A stretch of DNA of 62,289 bases, the filler included, from Globobulimina sp. (taxonomy: Eukaryota): the NCBI GenBank assembly GCA_003354225.1. It is 17 parts of 17 records of this genome, joined end to end, with 100 filler letters (N's around TTAATTAATTAA, not from the genome) between each part and the next. Parts side by side here need not be neighbours in the genome. Positions count along the whole stretch, not along the records: positions 22,038 to 25,608 come from PIVH01002481.1; positions 25,709 to 29,278 come from PIVH01002482.1; positions 29,379 to 32,948 come from PIVH01002483.1; positions 33,049 to 36,618 come from PIVH01002484.1; 13 more parts are not named here. One strand, written 5' to 3'. Shown here in pieces: positions 25,107-36,718 of the stretch. Every line of letters starts with the position of its first letter. The first letter of the stretch is position 1. The notes under the pieces were generated by a model. The model saw only the letters and a list, made by a program, of their open reading frames with translations. It ran no database searches and was not told where the DNA came from. Position numbers and translations under genes: made by a program.

Positions 25107-25608
25107 TCACGATGTTGCTAGAAAGGGGCTATTAATACATGATACAAAATGGGTGTTACACCTTAAACATCCGGGGCATTTTTGCCACATTGTTGCATAG
25201 CTTTGCAAACATAATGAACATTTCCATTCTTTTTCGTCAATGCACTCTGAATTCACTTTTGTTTCCAGCAATGTTTCTTTTGGATCATCCATTAAACTAA
25301 ATGCTGTATGATTAAATTGAACACTTTTCCATTCATTTATTAATTCTATCCATTCCCGCTGTGCAGTGACAGTGTATGTGTTGTTATTTTGTGGATTGGC
25401 TTATATTAATAAAATCAGTCCAAATTCCGACTGATATTAATTTTAATTATAAAACATACTCGTTTTTCAGATGTAGATGCGCGTAAAATCCATATTCTTC
25501 TATCAGTGATCAAATGAAATGTATAATCTTTATCTTTATGATGTCGTATTTTTATAACATCATTCAATAGAATTGTACCCATCCATTTTTTGCATTGTTC
25601 ATCTTTAT
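25107..25608 (-). CDS. C-terminal fragment with possible PH-like domain and a WKC..C..CxxC zinc finger
   Basis: GTILLNDVIK..YTVTAQREWIELI and WKCSLC..CPGC; probable intron. Confidence 0.45.
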
Positions 25609-25867
25609 NNNNNNNNNNNNNNNNNNNNNNNNNNNNNNNNNNNNNNNNNNNNTTAATTAATTAANNNNNNNNNNNNNNNNNNNNNNNNNNNNNNNNNNNN
25701 NNNNNNNNATTTCAAACTGAAAAGCAAAAAGTTAAATGTTACCTTTAACATTTTATTATTAACCTATTTTCCTTCCAAGTTTTCAAAGTATAAAATAAGT
25801 TAAATATATTTCCTTTAATTTAGCAGTTTTTAAACTCCTAAAAAAACAGCTTATAACAAACGCAGTA

Positions 25868-27397
25868 ATGTCAGACGTGCAGCGGCGGAGGAAGACAGAC
25901 AGTAATTATTCTATTTCCGATGGTGACGCATTTAGCAGAAAAGCAGTAAAACCACAAAAGGTTGGACTTATCCGTGATATTATTGAAACGGAGAATGATT
26001 GTATGTTTTTATATGTTTCTATTGACTGTAAATATATATATAACATTAATAACAAAAGTGGCTGGCTTTAGTATTGCGTGGATGATTGGCTTTTTTATTA
26101 TTATCACATTGCGGATAGCTCAACACGAAGATGTTAGAGATGCGCATTGGTACTGGATATTTCTGATACCAATCTTAGTTTGTTGCTTAACGTGGATCTT
26201 TTCATATGTTATAACCAAATACAGAAAGGCTCAGAGTTTAATTGTATTTGTCTACTATTTGTTGTATACATTAATGTCAATATTTGTTGTACACTATACA
26301 CTCTATATTATAATATTAATATTTACAGGCAAAGAATCCTTGAAAATTCCCGCATTTATACTGCCATTTGTTTGTAAAATAGTTATTGCGGGACTTTTAT
26401 TTGGAAGATTATTCTATGCATCCGGCGGTATTGTGGATAGACATAAAGACGAAGATAAGTATGACGGATGGTGTGATTGCTCAATGTTTGTTATTTATCT
26501 TAGCTTAAATGTGAGCGTAATCACAACAGAAATCATCATTACTACAGTCATGGTATACACATATATTTGTACATGTTGATAACATATAATTATATTCTGC
26601 AAATTGATACAAATTTAGCTAAACTCGTCGCAAAATTTACAACCACAAATTCCCAAAAAAGTGGATGTATTTTTATTTATAACGCGTCCAACATTATGGG
26701 TTTATAATCGATTGATTGTGATGTTTTTATCATTTTATTGCATTTTTTATGTGTTTGGCGTTGGACCATTTTGCACCTCGCAATGCAGAGTAAATGATGT
26801 GTCGCGCGTGTCAAGTATTGGCGTCTCTATATTAATATTGCCATTTCGTAATATACTTTATCTGTTTCAATGGGAATCATTTGATTTAAATCAACATTCT
26901 CATTCAAAAGACGTTGTGTATGCTGTTATTCAGCAAGTTTTAATATTTACAACAATTCTCGGTATACGTATATTATACATAAAATTTAATAATATTTATA
27001 AATTGGATATGCTACAGACTTATTGATGGGTATTTGGAGTATTTCGCAAAGTCACAAACGCGAAGTGGATAACATCAGAGACAAAGTCACAAATTTGATC
27101 AGTGAGTTTCGAGGCAGTTCAAAAACATCAAAGAATGAAGAAAAGGTAACCGCAAAAAATAGAAATGAAGTGCAAGATATTGAGGATGATGATGATATGT
27201 ATCAAGAATTACAAACATTGAGTAATATCAAGGTTGGAGATGGTGCCAATGAGAAAAAAGAAGAGGAGTCGCCATCCAATAATAGAGATAAAAATGTTGA
27301 TGATATAAATCCTACGTATTCAAAATTGCGAAGTTCATCAAAAAACGCGAATGATACAAATTCAAAAACCAATCCGAAACCTTTATCTTGTCATTGA
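25868..27397 (+). CDS. Multi-pass membrane protein, multi-exon, function unknown
   Basis: Consecutive hydrophobic ORFs separated by intron-like AT-rich gaps; hydrophilic C-tail. Confidence 0.6.
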
Positions 27398-27692
27398 TTC
27401 TCAAAATACTCACACATATATTGAATAATTTTTTGTTGTTGTTGTATTAATGCGAGTGATGTTGTACAATTGTGTCCATTTATGTTTATTTCTCATAATT
27501 TTTAATTTTGAAATTGTTGAAATTGTTGAATCAGTGCTATTAAAATAATATAACACTCGCACTTATTCAACACGTACAGATTACTACAATCCATATCCAA
27601 GTACCTGCGTAAAAAACTGTTTTCAAAACAAAAACCTGTGGCCACCATGGATAGCCACATCTAATTATAAAGCAGAAATTCACAAGATTTAT

Positions 27693-28355
27693 ATGGAATT
27701 AATCTACGTAGTTTGTATTATTATCATTTGTTTGTCTGATGGGTCGGCGGAATTGAAAAAGCCAAAATTTAAAAACGCGTTTGATATCATAATGAATACA
27801 AAACAAAAGAATGCTTTAACATCAGCATCAGCATCAAAACTAGTATCGGCTAGGAATGGCTCACACTGTGGCGATTGGAAACATTTTTGTATATCTGTAT
27901 CGGGCTTACATTCATCAGGAAATCCTGAAATAAATGATAATTATTGTATTGATGAGTGTGATGTACATAAATATATCAAATTTCAATCACAGACAACGTG
28001 TTCATTTTATATCAAATGGATACCAAACCATTATATAATATATTCCTATAAACATGTTCGTTTTGGTACAATTTCCAATCATTTATTCGGTTCGGCGCGA
28101 GACTGCGATCGAGGTTTAAATGGATACCAACATTTATCGACTTGCTCGTTTTGGACTGTATTTGATAAAAATGATAATTTAGTCAGTGAGCATAATGTAT
28201 CTGTTCATCCATTGGATAATCAAAAAACGAATGAATGCACCACACCAACCGGAATATCAAAAGTCAAACTGGATCGTGGTGAAATTGGAGCCATTGTTAT
28301 TGTTATTTTGGCTGTCTTTGTGGTTACGTTTGGCGGTGCTATGAGATATCATTAA
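27693..28355 (+). CDS. Type I membrane protein with Cys-rich ectodomain
   Basis: Signal peptide, multiple Cys, C-terminal TM helix. Confidence 0.65.
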   Translation: MELIYVVCIIIICLSDGSAELKKPKFKNAFDIIMNTKQKNALTSASASKLVSARNGSHCGDWKHFCISVSGLHSSGNPEINDNYCIDECDVHKYIKFQSQTTCSFYIKWIPNHYIIYSYKHVRFGTISNHLFGSARDCDRGLNGYQHLSTCSFWTVFDKNDNLVSEHNVSVHPLDNQKTNECTTPTGISKVKLDRGEIGAIVIVILAVFVVTFGGAMRYH

Positions 28356-29378
28356 TGCATTAATATTAATATTATATAATTAATTAATTTAAATGTCATC
28401 GGAAGGAATGCATTTTGTAAAAGTATCATAATCATACGGAACAACTTAATAATTCAATTTCTGAACCTCGCAACATCTGACAAACGCATTCCTTTCATTA
28501 TTATCGTTTAAGCCTTTCTTTTTGTATTTATTCTATTTATATGATTTTATGTTTATTATATTTTAACGTACATTTAGTTAATTTTATCGTTTTTGGAAAC
28601 ATTTTACCGTATAAGGTCCGTATTTTATCGTTGACGAAGCAAAATAATTAAATACTAAAATTAAATATAGACATCACATAAACATTACGTTCAACATTAC
28701 ATAAACATATGATATCATATGAGGATCAATCGACTGTGAGGCCTCTGTCAATTCTGTTTTGCCGGATATGTTCCAATTCCTTTTGTCGATGGTCAATTGC
28801 TTCAAGTTCTGTTACCATTTTTCTCTTTTGTTTTGTTATTTTATTAGTTTTATTCGCATTTTCTGGTGATTTTGATATGTACTACATCCTATTTTGTGCG
28901 GCGTTTGCAGCATTAGCTCTTGCTTCTTGTGTTGTTTTTTGATGTTGATTGTGATTTACAAATGTTTGTTTTTGCTTAATTTGCTGTGTATTTTGCTTTT
29001 CTGTTGTTACGCTTTAATTGAATGTTTATCCAATTCAATGAATTAATTCATACATAATACCGTGTTCATTTGGCAAAGAGCAGATACATTTCCCCATGAT
29101 TTTTTGGCAAAGAGCAGATAACTAGTCACTTTAGGTTGCCATTGACTTTTGCTTGAAACAAGGGCGACTACAGGAGACGGATTTGCCCAGAACTGGCTGC
29201 AAGTCGTCGAATTATTTTGGTCCAATTCCTTGTTTTTGGTTATTTTCCAAATGTGCTCATTATTTCAATACAAATATANNNNNNNNNNNNNNNNNNNNNN
29301 NNNNNNNNNNNNNNNNNNNNNNTTAATTAATTAANNNNNNNNNNNNNNNNNNNNNNNNNNNNNNNNNNNNNNNNNNNN

Positions 29379-29945
29379 TGATATAGAGGTGGTGGGTGAT
29401 ATTGTGGATGATACAGAGGATGTTACTTTTTTCGATGTGTCGGAGATTCTGTTTATTTATTCATATAATTAATGTTCTAATATGTAGAAAGTAGAAACGA
29501 TATCTAACTGTTTTGCTGTGGATTGAACATTGGAAGCTATTTTTTTCGATTGTTTGAGTGTTGAATCAATAGACTTTTTCACATTGAAATTTGGCATATT
29601 TTTCGATATATTATGGACTTGATTTTGGTATTTTGCATGATATCGTTTCATGGTTGGATTTGACTGTGAAAATTCATGAAATTTCTGCTGGAATTCGGTG
29701 CTTAATTGTTTAGATTTTTGGGTTGTTTTGGATAATTGAGATTTAATTTGGGACTTATATTTGGGCATATTTTGGTAGTGAGTATGTAATGATTTTTGTA
29801 TCTGTTTGGATGTGGAATTTAATGTTTTTTTCATTTGTTCCGATGCTGAATTCAATTGATTTTGGATTTGTTTGTTGTTGCTGTTTTTTGTGAATTCATT
29901 TACACCTTTTCTCAGTTTATTGAACCATTGAGGAGTATTCTTCAT
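29379..29945 (-). CDS. Hypothetical Q/K/N-rich protein, 3' partial
   Basis: ORF from ATG ~29945 with helical low-complexity sequence. Confidence 0.5.
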
Positions 29946-30037
29946 TGTTGAATTGAGGAAGTTACAAATATATAATGTGTTCAAGTCACCTAATAAATTA
30001 AGAAAAAAAAACTTTATTACAATTCACAGTTGACAAC

Positions 30038-30994
30038 ATGGCAGCTTTAACAAAGAAAAAGCAAAAACTAAGTAATAATTACAGAGGGTGGAGATCCAAT
30101 GGAAAGTATCACAGCACAATAAATGATGAGCAGGATACAGCAAAACCAATGTCAGCACGACATAGAAATAATAAAAATCAGTATTCTGATGAAGAAAAAC
30201 TTGCACGTCAAACCACTGCGATTTTTAGTAAATTAACACCTGACCAAAAAAATTGTTTATTACCTAAAATTATTGCGATTTATAAGAAAATCGACACTCA
30301 GCAGAAATTAGAAACATTTTTATCAGTAATATTTGAAAGTGCAACTGCTAGCAATGTGTTTCAATCAGTATACATCGACATATTTACTCAATTATTGCCA
30401 TCAGAAAACAATGACATAGCAAACATTTCCAATAATGAGTTCAAAAAATGCGTATTAAAATTGTGTATTGGTAAATTTCAGCAAGGTTTGGATAAATCAA
30501 ATGGTAATAATAGTTCTTATGGATTGTGGGATGTTGAATGGTCGCAAGTGTATAAAAAAAAGGCATTGCTTTCAATCACACAGTTCATTGGAAAGTTGAC
30601 TGCGAAACGCTTTGTAGATTTGGCAATGTCGCTGAAATTTATTAATGTGTTATATGAAGATGAAAAGAATGAGAATAACATTGAGGCCATTTGTGGAATA
30701 TTTGGTGAAATCAATCAATGTATCAGCCAGGGCCAGGATGGTCGCGTTGCATTGAAAAATGCAGACATGCATACAATTGATGTTCCGATGAGGACACATT
30801 TATTAGTTTATGGATACATTCGCCGCTATGATGATGATAATAATATGGCGAGATGTATAGTTAATGTTTGTATTGGATATTATGACATTGATTGTTATTT
30901 ATTTGGATATTATCAAAAATTACAAAGAATTGGGGATGATATGAATTATGGAATGAGGATTAGAATGTTAATACAAAATCTTAGACATTGTTAG
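30038..30994 (+). CDS. MIF4G-domain protein (eIF4G-like)
   Basis: IFSKLTP, IFESA, FIGKL, IEAIC, MRIRMLIQNL match the MIF4G helical pattern. Confidence 0.8.
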   Translation: MAALTKKKQKLSNNYRGWRSNGKYHSTINDEQDTAKPMSARHRNNKNQYSDEEKLARQTTAIFSKLTPDQKNCLLPKIIAIYKKIDTQQKLETFLSVIFESATASNVFQSVYIDIFTQLLPSENNDIANISNNEFKKCVLKLCIGKFQQGLDKSNGNNSSYGLWDVEWSQVYKKKALLSITQFIGKLTAKRFVDLAMSLKFINVLYEDEKNENNIEAICGIFGEINQCISQGQDGRVALKNADMHTIDVPMRTHLLVYGYIRRYDDDNNMARCIVNVCIGYYDIDCYLFGYYQKLQRIGDDMNYGMRIRMLIQNLRHC

Positions 30995-31391
30995 TTGTGC
31001 TCAATGATTTTATAATACTACCACTATAATACAAAAGCACCAACCTATAATAAAGATATTCTTGTTATTTGGATTGTGTTTCTTGTTTAATTTCTGATTA
31101 TGATCTTTTGCTTCGCATATTGTCGCAATTTCGGATTATAACAAAGTTCGATTATTACACACAAAAAAAATAGTCAATCACACAAACAAAACAAATCTCA
31201 ATTCTGTATTAATTCTGCCACAGTTTTGAGTGTTGCAGCTGACCAAACTGTACAATCTATGTACGATATATCGCATTTCGGCGAATCAAAAAATTAACTC
31301 AAATAAAAAAAGTTTAAATCTCCGCCACCTCATTGAATAGCATCGTTATATTATTTCAAATCGGAATTCAAATAAATTCAAAAATTAAAGA

Positions 31392-31883
31392 ATGTTAAAA
31401 ACAGAGCAAACAAAAGAGAATGATAAATGTTTATGTTTGCCAATTAAATGTGGAGTTTATTTATCCATTGTTTACGATTTATTATTTGTCGCTGGATTTA
31501 CGTTCTTGAGTTATGGATTAACTGAGCAGCCATTAATCATTCAAACAAAATTGCAGTCGGTGATAAGTGGTATCGCGGTTATTTGTGGTGTTATTACCTG
31601 TTATCGAAAAACAAAAACCATTGTTTCGAAAACATTATTTTTGGTTTCATCAATTGCCGCGACGTTATCATTAATTATTTTCTATATTTATATTTTGTAT
31701 AGACAATATTGTCTAAAAAGAAATGCAGAACTTGGATTATGGATTTTTTTGGGATTGTATTTTTGTGCAATAATGTTGCGTATATTTTTAAACATTAACA
31801 TCTGTAAATTTACAAAATCATTAAGATGTGGTAGAGTTTCTGTTGAGGGCGGTCAGTCAAGGAGTACTTATCAAAGTAACTAG
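31392..31883 (+). CDS. Small four-TM membrane protein
   Basis: CLCLPIKCGV followed by four hydrophobic segments. Confidence 0.65.
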   Translation: MLKTEQTKENDKCLCLPIKCGVYLSIVYDLLFVAGFTFLSYGLTEQPLIIQTKLQSVISGIAVICGVITCYRKTKTIVSKTLFLVSSIAATLSLIIFYIYILYRQYCLKRNAELGLWIFLGLYFCAIMLRIFLNINICKFTKSLRCGRVSVEGGQSRSTYQSN

Positions 31884-32294
31884 AAAGTAAAAAGAGTAAG
31901 TAAAGTAAAAAAAGTTAAAAACGGTGGAGTAGTAATAAATTACCACAAAGATGATAGTTGTTTGTTTAATATGTGTTGTTTTCTTTTTCAATCATATTTG
32001 ATAGTTATTTCACCTATTTGTAGCTGTGTTTAATTGCACTTTTCTGAGTGTTGCAACTGTGAGTTCACTGAGTTGGAATTCAGTGCTTATTTAATTGTTC
32101 AGATTTTTGTGCTGTTTATGAGTATGTAAACACGAAATGAACTTAAACAAACATTTGATTTTTTAGCAGATATTAATTAGATATTTGTACATTTAAAACA
32201 TAGTATTGGTGATGTTGATGATTTTATTAGAATTACTGACGAACCAATTCAAAATCCGAAAAATTATAGATCAAGGACTATTTGTTGAAACCAG

Positions 32295-32948
32295 TCAATC
32301 CTCGCTGCCAGCTGGGCCCTCTTTGTTTGCTCTGATTAAATCGATCCATATTTGCTTAAAATCCATTCCTTTATTTTGATACAGATCCACTAAATTCCTC
32401 TTACAAATCACCCATCGTTCTTCTTGCAATGCGCCTCCATTTTTACACTCATCATTCATTAATTGGTGAATGCAAAAACGCAACAAACAGTTTGTCGATA
32501 ATCCAATTAAACATTTATTAAAATGAATCCTCAGAAAATTATCAAAGCCAATATCTGAAATAGAATCTTCTTTATACAGTCTTCTTATTCTTTTTTTATT
32601 TTTGTCTTTTATTGCTTCCATTTTATTGAAATCTATTTGTGTCATTTCAATTTCCTTTCGTTCCAACTTTAAACAACCATATAACCGAAACCTTTGATTA
32701 TCACTCGCTTTTTCATCAAGATCACCTCCGACAACTTTGGCCATTTTACGTAACGAACACTTATCGATTTCCAATGCTTTGTTGGTGTTCACATTGATTA
32801 TATTAAATAAGCCATTTTTATCCAATTCAATCAGTTTAAATGTTTGATTTCTATTTTCATCTTTGCCGAATTGCACTAATATTCCATCCTCAACACACAA
32901 ATATTTGCCGCTGTTCATACATTGAATATAATAATATGCATTTACTGC
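32295..32948 (-). CDS. Ricin-B lectin (beta-trefoil) domain protein, 5' partial
   Basis: NSGKYLCV..NQTFKL..IINVNTNKALEI..NQRFRL repeats. Confidence 0.75.
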   Translation of the reverse strand, partial: AVNAYYYIQCMNSGKYLCVEDGILVQFGKDENRNQTFKLIELDKNGLFNIINVNTNKALEIDKCSLRKMAKVVGGDLDEKASDNQRFRLYGCLKLERKEIEMTQIDFNKMEAIKDKNKKRIRRLYKEDSISDIGFDNFLRIHFNKCLIGLSTNCLLRFCIHQLMNDECKNGGALQEERWVICKRNLVDLYQNKGMDFKQIWIDLIRANKEGPAGSED

Positions 32949-33048
32949 NNNNNNNNNNNNNNNNNNNNNNNNNNNNNNNNNNNNNNNNNNNNTTAATTAA
33001 TTAANNNNNNNNNNNNNNNNNNNNNNNNNNNNNNNNNNNNNNNNNNNN

Positions 33049-33136
33049 AACTATTTAGCTAATTTTCATTGTGGTGGTCGGACTTCAACTTTTAGAGTTG
33101 ATCGCTCACCACAATAAACTCAACAGTTATGTCTGC
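33049..33136 (-). repeat. ~90-bp inverted-repeat element, copy 2
   Basis: Reverse complement contains AGCGATCAACTCTAAAAGTTGAAGTCCGACCACCACAATGAAAATTAGCT. Confidence 0.8.
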
Positions 33137-33301
33137 AGGTCAGCAGGTGTATAGGCCTAGTTCAATAAAAAAAAATGCGGAGTAGGCAAAGAAACAAAAA
33201 GTGATAAAAAGACTTGTTTTAGAAAACTATTTAAAGTTACAAGTTATATTCAGTCTATGTCGTATGTATGTTTATGGGAAGACATATAATCAAATATTAA
33301 T

Positions 33302-34390
33302 TCATTGCTTTAAATTTTCTTTATGTTTATAAATCATAGTGCCGCATTTCCCCATTAATGCCTGGTCAATCAATGCCAAATCGCAGATAACCGCATTATT
33401 CCCCGTTTGTTGAACAAATTCCATCACCGATTCAATTTTTGGCCGCATTGAGCCACCAAAGGTATTCCACATTCCATTTGAATACAATTCATTTAACTCA
33501 TCCACTTGAATGCAATCTATTTTCTCCCTCTTTTCTTTGTCATTGTAATTCAGCCAAATCCCATCGCCGTCAGTCGCAATAACCAACATATTTGCATTTA
33601 ATTCTGTGGCCAAAAGAACACTCGTTTTATCTTTGTCGATCACCGCATCCTTTCCATAATATTTATATTCCTTCTCCTCATCGTCAATGACAACCGGAAT
33701 GCCGCCGCCTCCCGTTCCAATCACAATGTATCTCTCAGCCAACAATGTTTTGATTGCCTCTATTTCCATAATCTTCAATGGTTTGGGTGATCCGACGGTT
33801 ATTCTCCATCCCCGGCCGGAATCTTCTTTCATAAAATATCCACTCTCTTTCTCCAACTCTTTCGCCTCATTTTCAGTGTAAAATTTGCCGATCGGTTTGC
33901 TGGGATTATTGAATGCTTTGTCATTCATCGAAATGCCGACTTGATTCACCATTGTCACCGCACCGAATATCCTCTCTTTCAACACCTCACTCTTATCATT
34001 GTTGATGTTGTTGGTGAAGGACTGCTGTAACGCATAGCCAATATATCCCTGACTCATCGCGCCACAAAACGTCAATGGTAAGGCTGGTATTCCATGTTCA
34101 ATACATAACTGATTCTGCAAATATAAGGAGCCAACCTGTGGGCCATTACCATGCGTCACACACAAATTATAATCACCAAACTCCTCTGTTTTCAAGATAT
34201 TCAAAATATGGTTGCTTGCATTATTCACATTTTCAAACATTTCATCACTTGTTCCTAAATCGGTCGGTTTCTTTAAAGCATTGCCTCCCAAAGCTATTAC
34301 CATTGTTTTCTTGTTCTTGCTCACTGGACTTGGAGCACTCGACAATCTGCACTTAGAATGCTGCAATAAACGTCTCAAAACAAAAGACAT
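33302..34390 (-). CDS. arcC: Carbamate kinase with N-terminal extension
   Basis: VIALGGNAL, THGNGPQVG, GAMSQGYIGY, PSKPIG, EDSGRGWR, GGGGIPV, AVIDKD, GSMRPK. Confidence 0.96.
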   Translation of the reverse strand: MSFVLRRLLQHSKCRLSSAPSPVSKNKKTMVIALGGNALKKPTDLGTSDEMFENVNNASNHILNILKTEEFGDYNLCVTHGNGPQVGSLYLQNQLCIEHGIPALPLTFCGAMSQGYIGYALQQSFTNNINNDKSEVLKERIFGAVTMVNQVGISMNDKAFNNPSKPIGKFYTENEAKELEKESGYFMKEDSGRGWRITVGSPKPLKIMEIEAIKTLLAERYIVIGTGGGGIPVVIDDEEKEYKYYGKDAVIDKDKTSVLLATELNANMLVIATDGDGIWLNYNDKEKREKIDCIQVDELNELYSNGMWNTFGGSMRPKIESVMEFVQQTGNNAVICDLALIDQALMGKCGTMIYKHKENLKQ

Positions 34391-34447
34391 CGTTCTTGGA
34401 ATTATTTATATTAATAGAGTACAGCTTGTCAAAAAACTTTTTGATAA

Positions 34448-34861
34448 ATGACAGAAACATTCAAGTTGTTAAGAGCAGATTCAAAAGACAAATATGAAAA
34501 GTCGAGTCGAGCAGAGCAGATTCTCTACTTCTGTGACTCCCGCTTGCTCCAGCTCGACGGCATCTCTGCGGCATCTCTGTCAAGAAATGGCTGGATTAAA
34601 TTAGCACCATTTCCACGCACTCAGTGGAACGCTGATCAGATAATAAAAATCAACGAAACAGAGTTTGCCACAGTTTGCGGTATTAACGAGAGCGTTTACA
34701 AATATAGCATAGATACAAATAAATGGGATGCATGGCTCAAATATCAGTGTCCGTCGCAAATATCAACAACTGCATTTGATCAAAGTGATCGTATTTTATA
34801 CATTTCCACCAACAAATGTCTGCACAAAATAAATACAGAAAGCAAAACATTAATATCATAA
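34448..34861 (+). pseudogene. Truncated 5' part of a Kelch/beta-propeller gene
   Basis: VYKYSIDTNKW; its last ~90 bp is a diverged inverted copy of 36525-36618. Confidence 0.65.
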
Positions 34862-35678
34862 TAAATAACAGGGACGCTGGCACCAATAATGTGTATCTCC
34901 AGGCAATATCTGGCGATATATTCATATTAATAAAGCCATTGCAAATCAATGGTGTTATAATCATCGTAACTCCCCCTCCTTTTTTTTATATGTACAGTGT
35001 ATACGTTTACAAAAACAGAAGCACGGATGTACATAAAATGGACATACCAAAGTTACCCCATCCTGCACTCAATGCGTTGGCAATTCCGACACATTTCGCA
35101 GAAAAAAATGCTGTGACATGGAATTGTGTGATGACAAAAGAAGCGCCGAGGATTCCGGTGGAAAATGAAAATAGTAAATAAGTTGTGTTGTTATGCGAGA
35201 TGAGAGCTTGGAGAGTTAATGCAATGCATGAAAGAATTAGTAATAAGACATATGAGCGACGTGCGCCTATCTTATCACATAAATCGCCAAAAACGATTCT
35301 GAATAATATTGTGGATAATGACTGTATACCTTTTGCTGCGGATTTGTTTTTTAATGATAGATTTAAAGACTTATCCATCCAAAAGGATAAACTGCTGACA
35401 CTAAACCATCCGAAAAAACAGATGAAAAAAGTGATCCATGTTATATGAAATACTCTGGTCCACATTGATGAAAATCTGAATAAATATGGGATCAATTTCA
35501 TAGCTTTGCCTTCATTGTTGGATTGAACTTGTCTTTTTTTCATTTGTGCGAAATATTTTGGTGGTTTAATTAATGAATTGCTTAGATTTGCGTTTTGTTT
35601 TCGCAATTTCTTTTTAACTTTCTCCAATGAAATGATTGAAACGGCTTTATTGTTAACGTTGATAGAAAGGTTTGCCAT
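34857..35678 (-). CDS. NRT2: NRT2/NarK-family nitrate/nitrite transporter, N-terminal half only, intron 34979-35047
   Basis: FHITWITFFICFFGWF, RIVFGDLCDKIGAR, GILGASFV, ANALSAGWGNFG-GGVT nitrate signature across a GT..AG splice, then AWRY..VP. Confidence 0.92.
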
Positions 35679-35713
35679 TATGAAGTGAGAGTTAGTGTGA
35701 AAAAACAGTGCAA

Positions 35714-35780
35714 AGCAATCAACTCCAAAAGTTGAACTCTGAACACCACAATGAAAATTATAGCTCAATAGTTGTGACTG
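35714..35780 (+). repeat. Inverted-repeat element, copy 3 (partial), just upstream of the NRT2 ATG
   Basis: AGCAATCAACTCCAAAAGTTGAA..CACCACAATGAAAATTATAGCTCAATAGTTGTGACTG. Confidence 0.75.
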
Positions 35781-35869
35781 AAGTGTATGAGGTCGATGGA
35801 TTGAAGAGCTTGGGTTAATTTGTGTGGATTTGTATGTAATAACTATGTATAACCAATAAAAACCTATTT

Positions 35870-36618
35870 TCAACTAAAAAAAAATTGTAATAAAAGTTTA
35901 CTTGGTACAAAAAATTCATTTGGAAGATAGCTAAGGCTCGAAAAACGAACAGACTTCCAAATATATCGTACGTAACCAAATGTTAACATTTCCATTTTTT
36001 CCCGATCAGACATCCGAACTGCAGCACACCTTCCAGCTTTTGGGCACAACACATCACTCTTAGCAATCTCCATAGTCCTCGTATTAAGTATATAAATTCC
36101 ATCCATATCTTCATCATCTTCATCATCTTCATCTCGATATATCCCACCTAATATTACCACATAATTTTCATCTTCAGTTAAAAAACAGGCAAAACAAGAC
36201 ATCTCTGCAGGTAATCTCTGTGGTAATTTTCTCCATTTCTGCAGTTTTATGTCATATGAATATATAGCATCCGTATCTGCATAATGCTCATCATTGCCAC
36301 CAAATGACAACATAATATTTGTTGATTCTATATAAATTAACCCATACCGTGACAGACAACCCCGTGCATCTCTAAATGTATGTATTTCATCAAAGTCTTT
36401 GTTGTCCTCATTCCAAACTAAATGACGTCCACTCGAGCTCCTCAAACCTCCAATGACATTAAATTTATGATCGATGATAAGACTCCGAGCATACCTTCCA
36501 ACATCAATAGATACGGTGTGTGACGATATTAATGTTTTGCTTTCTGTATTTATTTTGTGCAGACATTTGTTGGTGAAAATGTATAAAATATGTTCACTTT
36601 GATCAAAGGCTGCTGTTA
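35870..36618 (-). CDS. Kelch-repeat protein, 5' partial
   Basis: VIGG, SFGG..IYSYDIKLQKW, VILGG repeats. Confidence 0.85.
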
Positions 36619-36718
36619 NNNNNNNNNNNNNNNNNNNNNNNNNNNNNNNNNNNNNNNNNNNNTTAATTAATTAANNNNNNNNNNNNNNNNNNNNNNNNNN
36701 NNNNNNNNNNNNNNNNNN

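Noticed and set aside
31220-32060. Short repeat TGAGTGTTGCA(A/G)CTG on both sides of the four-TM gene
   Set aside because: Only about 15 bp with no further similarity; could be chance.
35679-35873. N-terminal extension of the NRT2 ORF in the ORF track
   Set aside because: It starts at a non-ATG codon and runs through the dispersed hairpin repeat; ATG 35678 is the more likely start.
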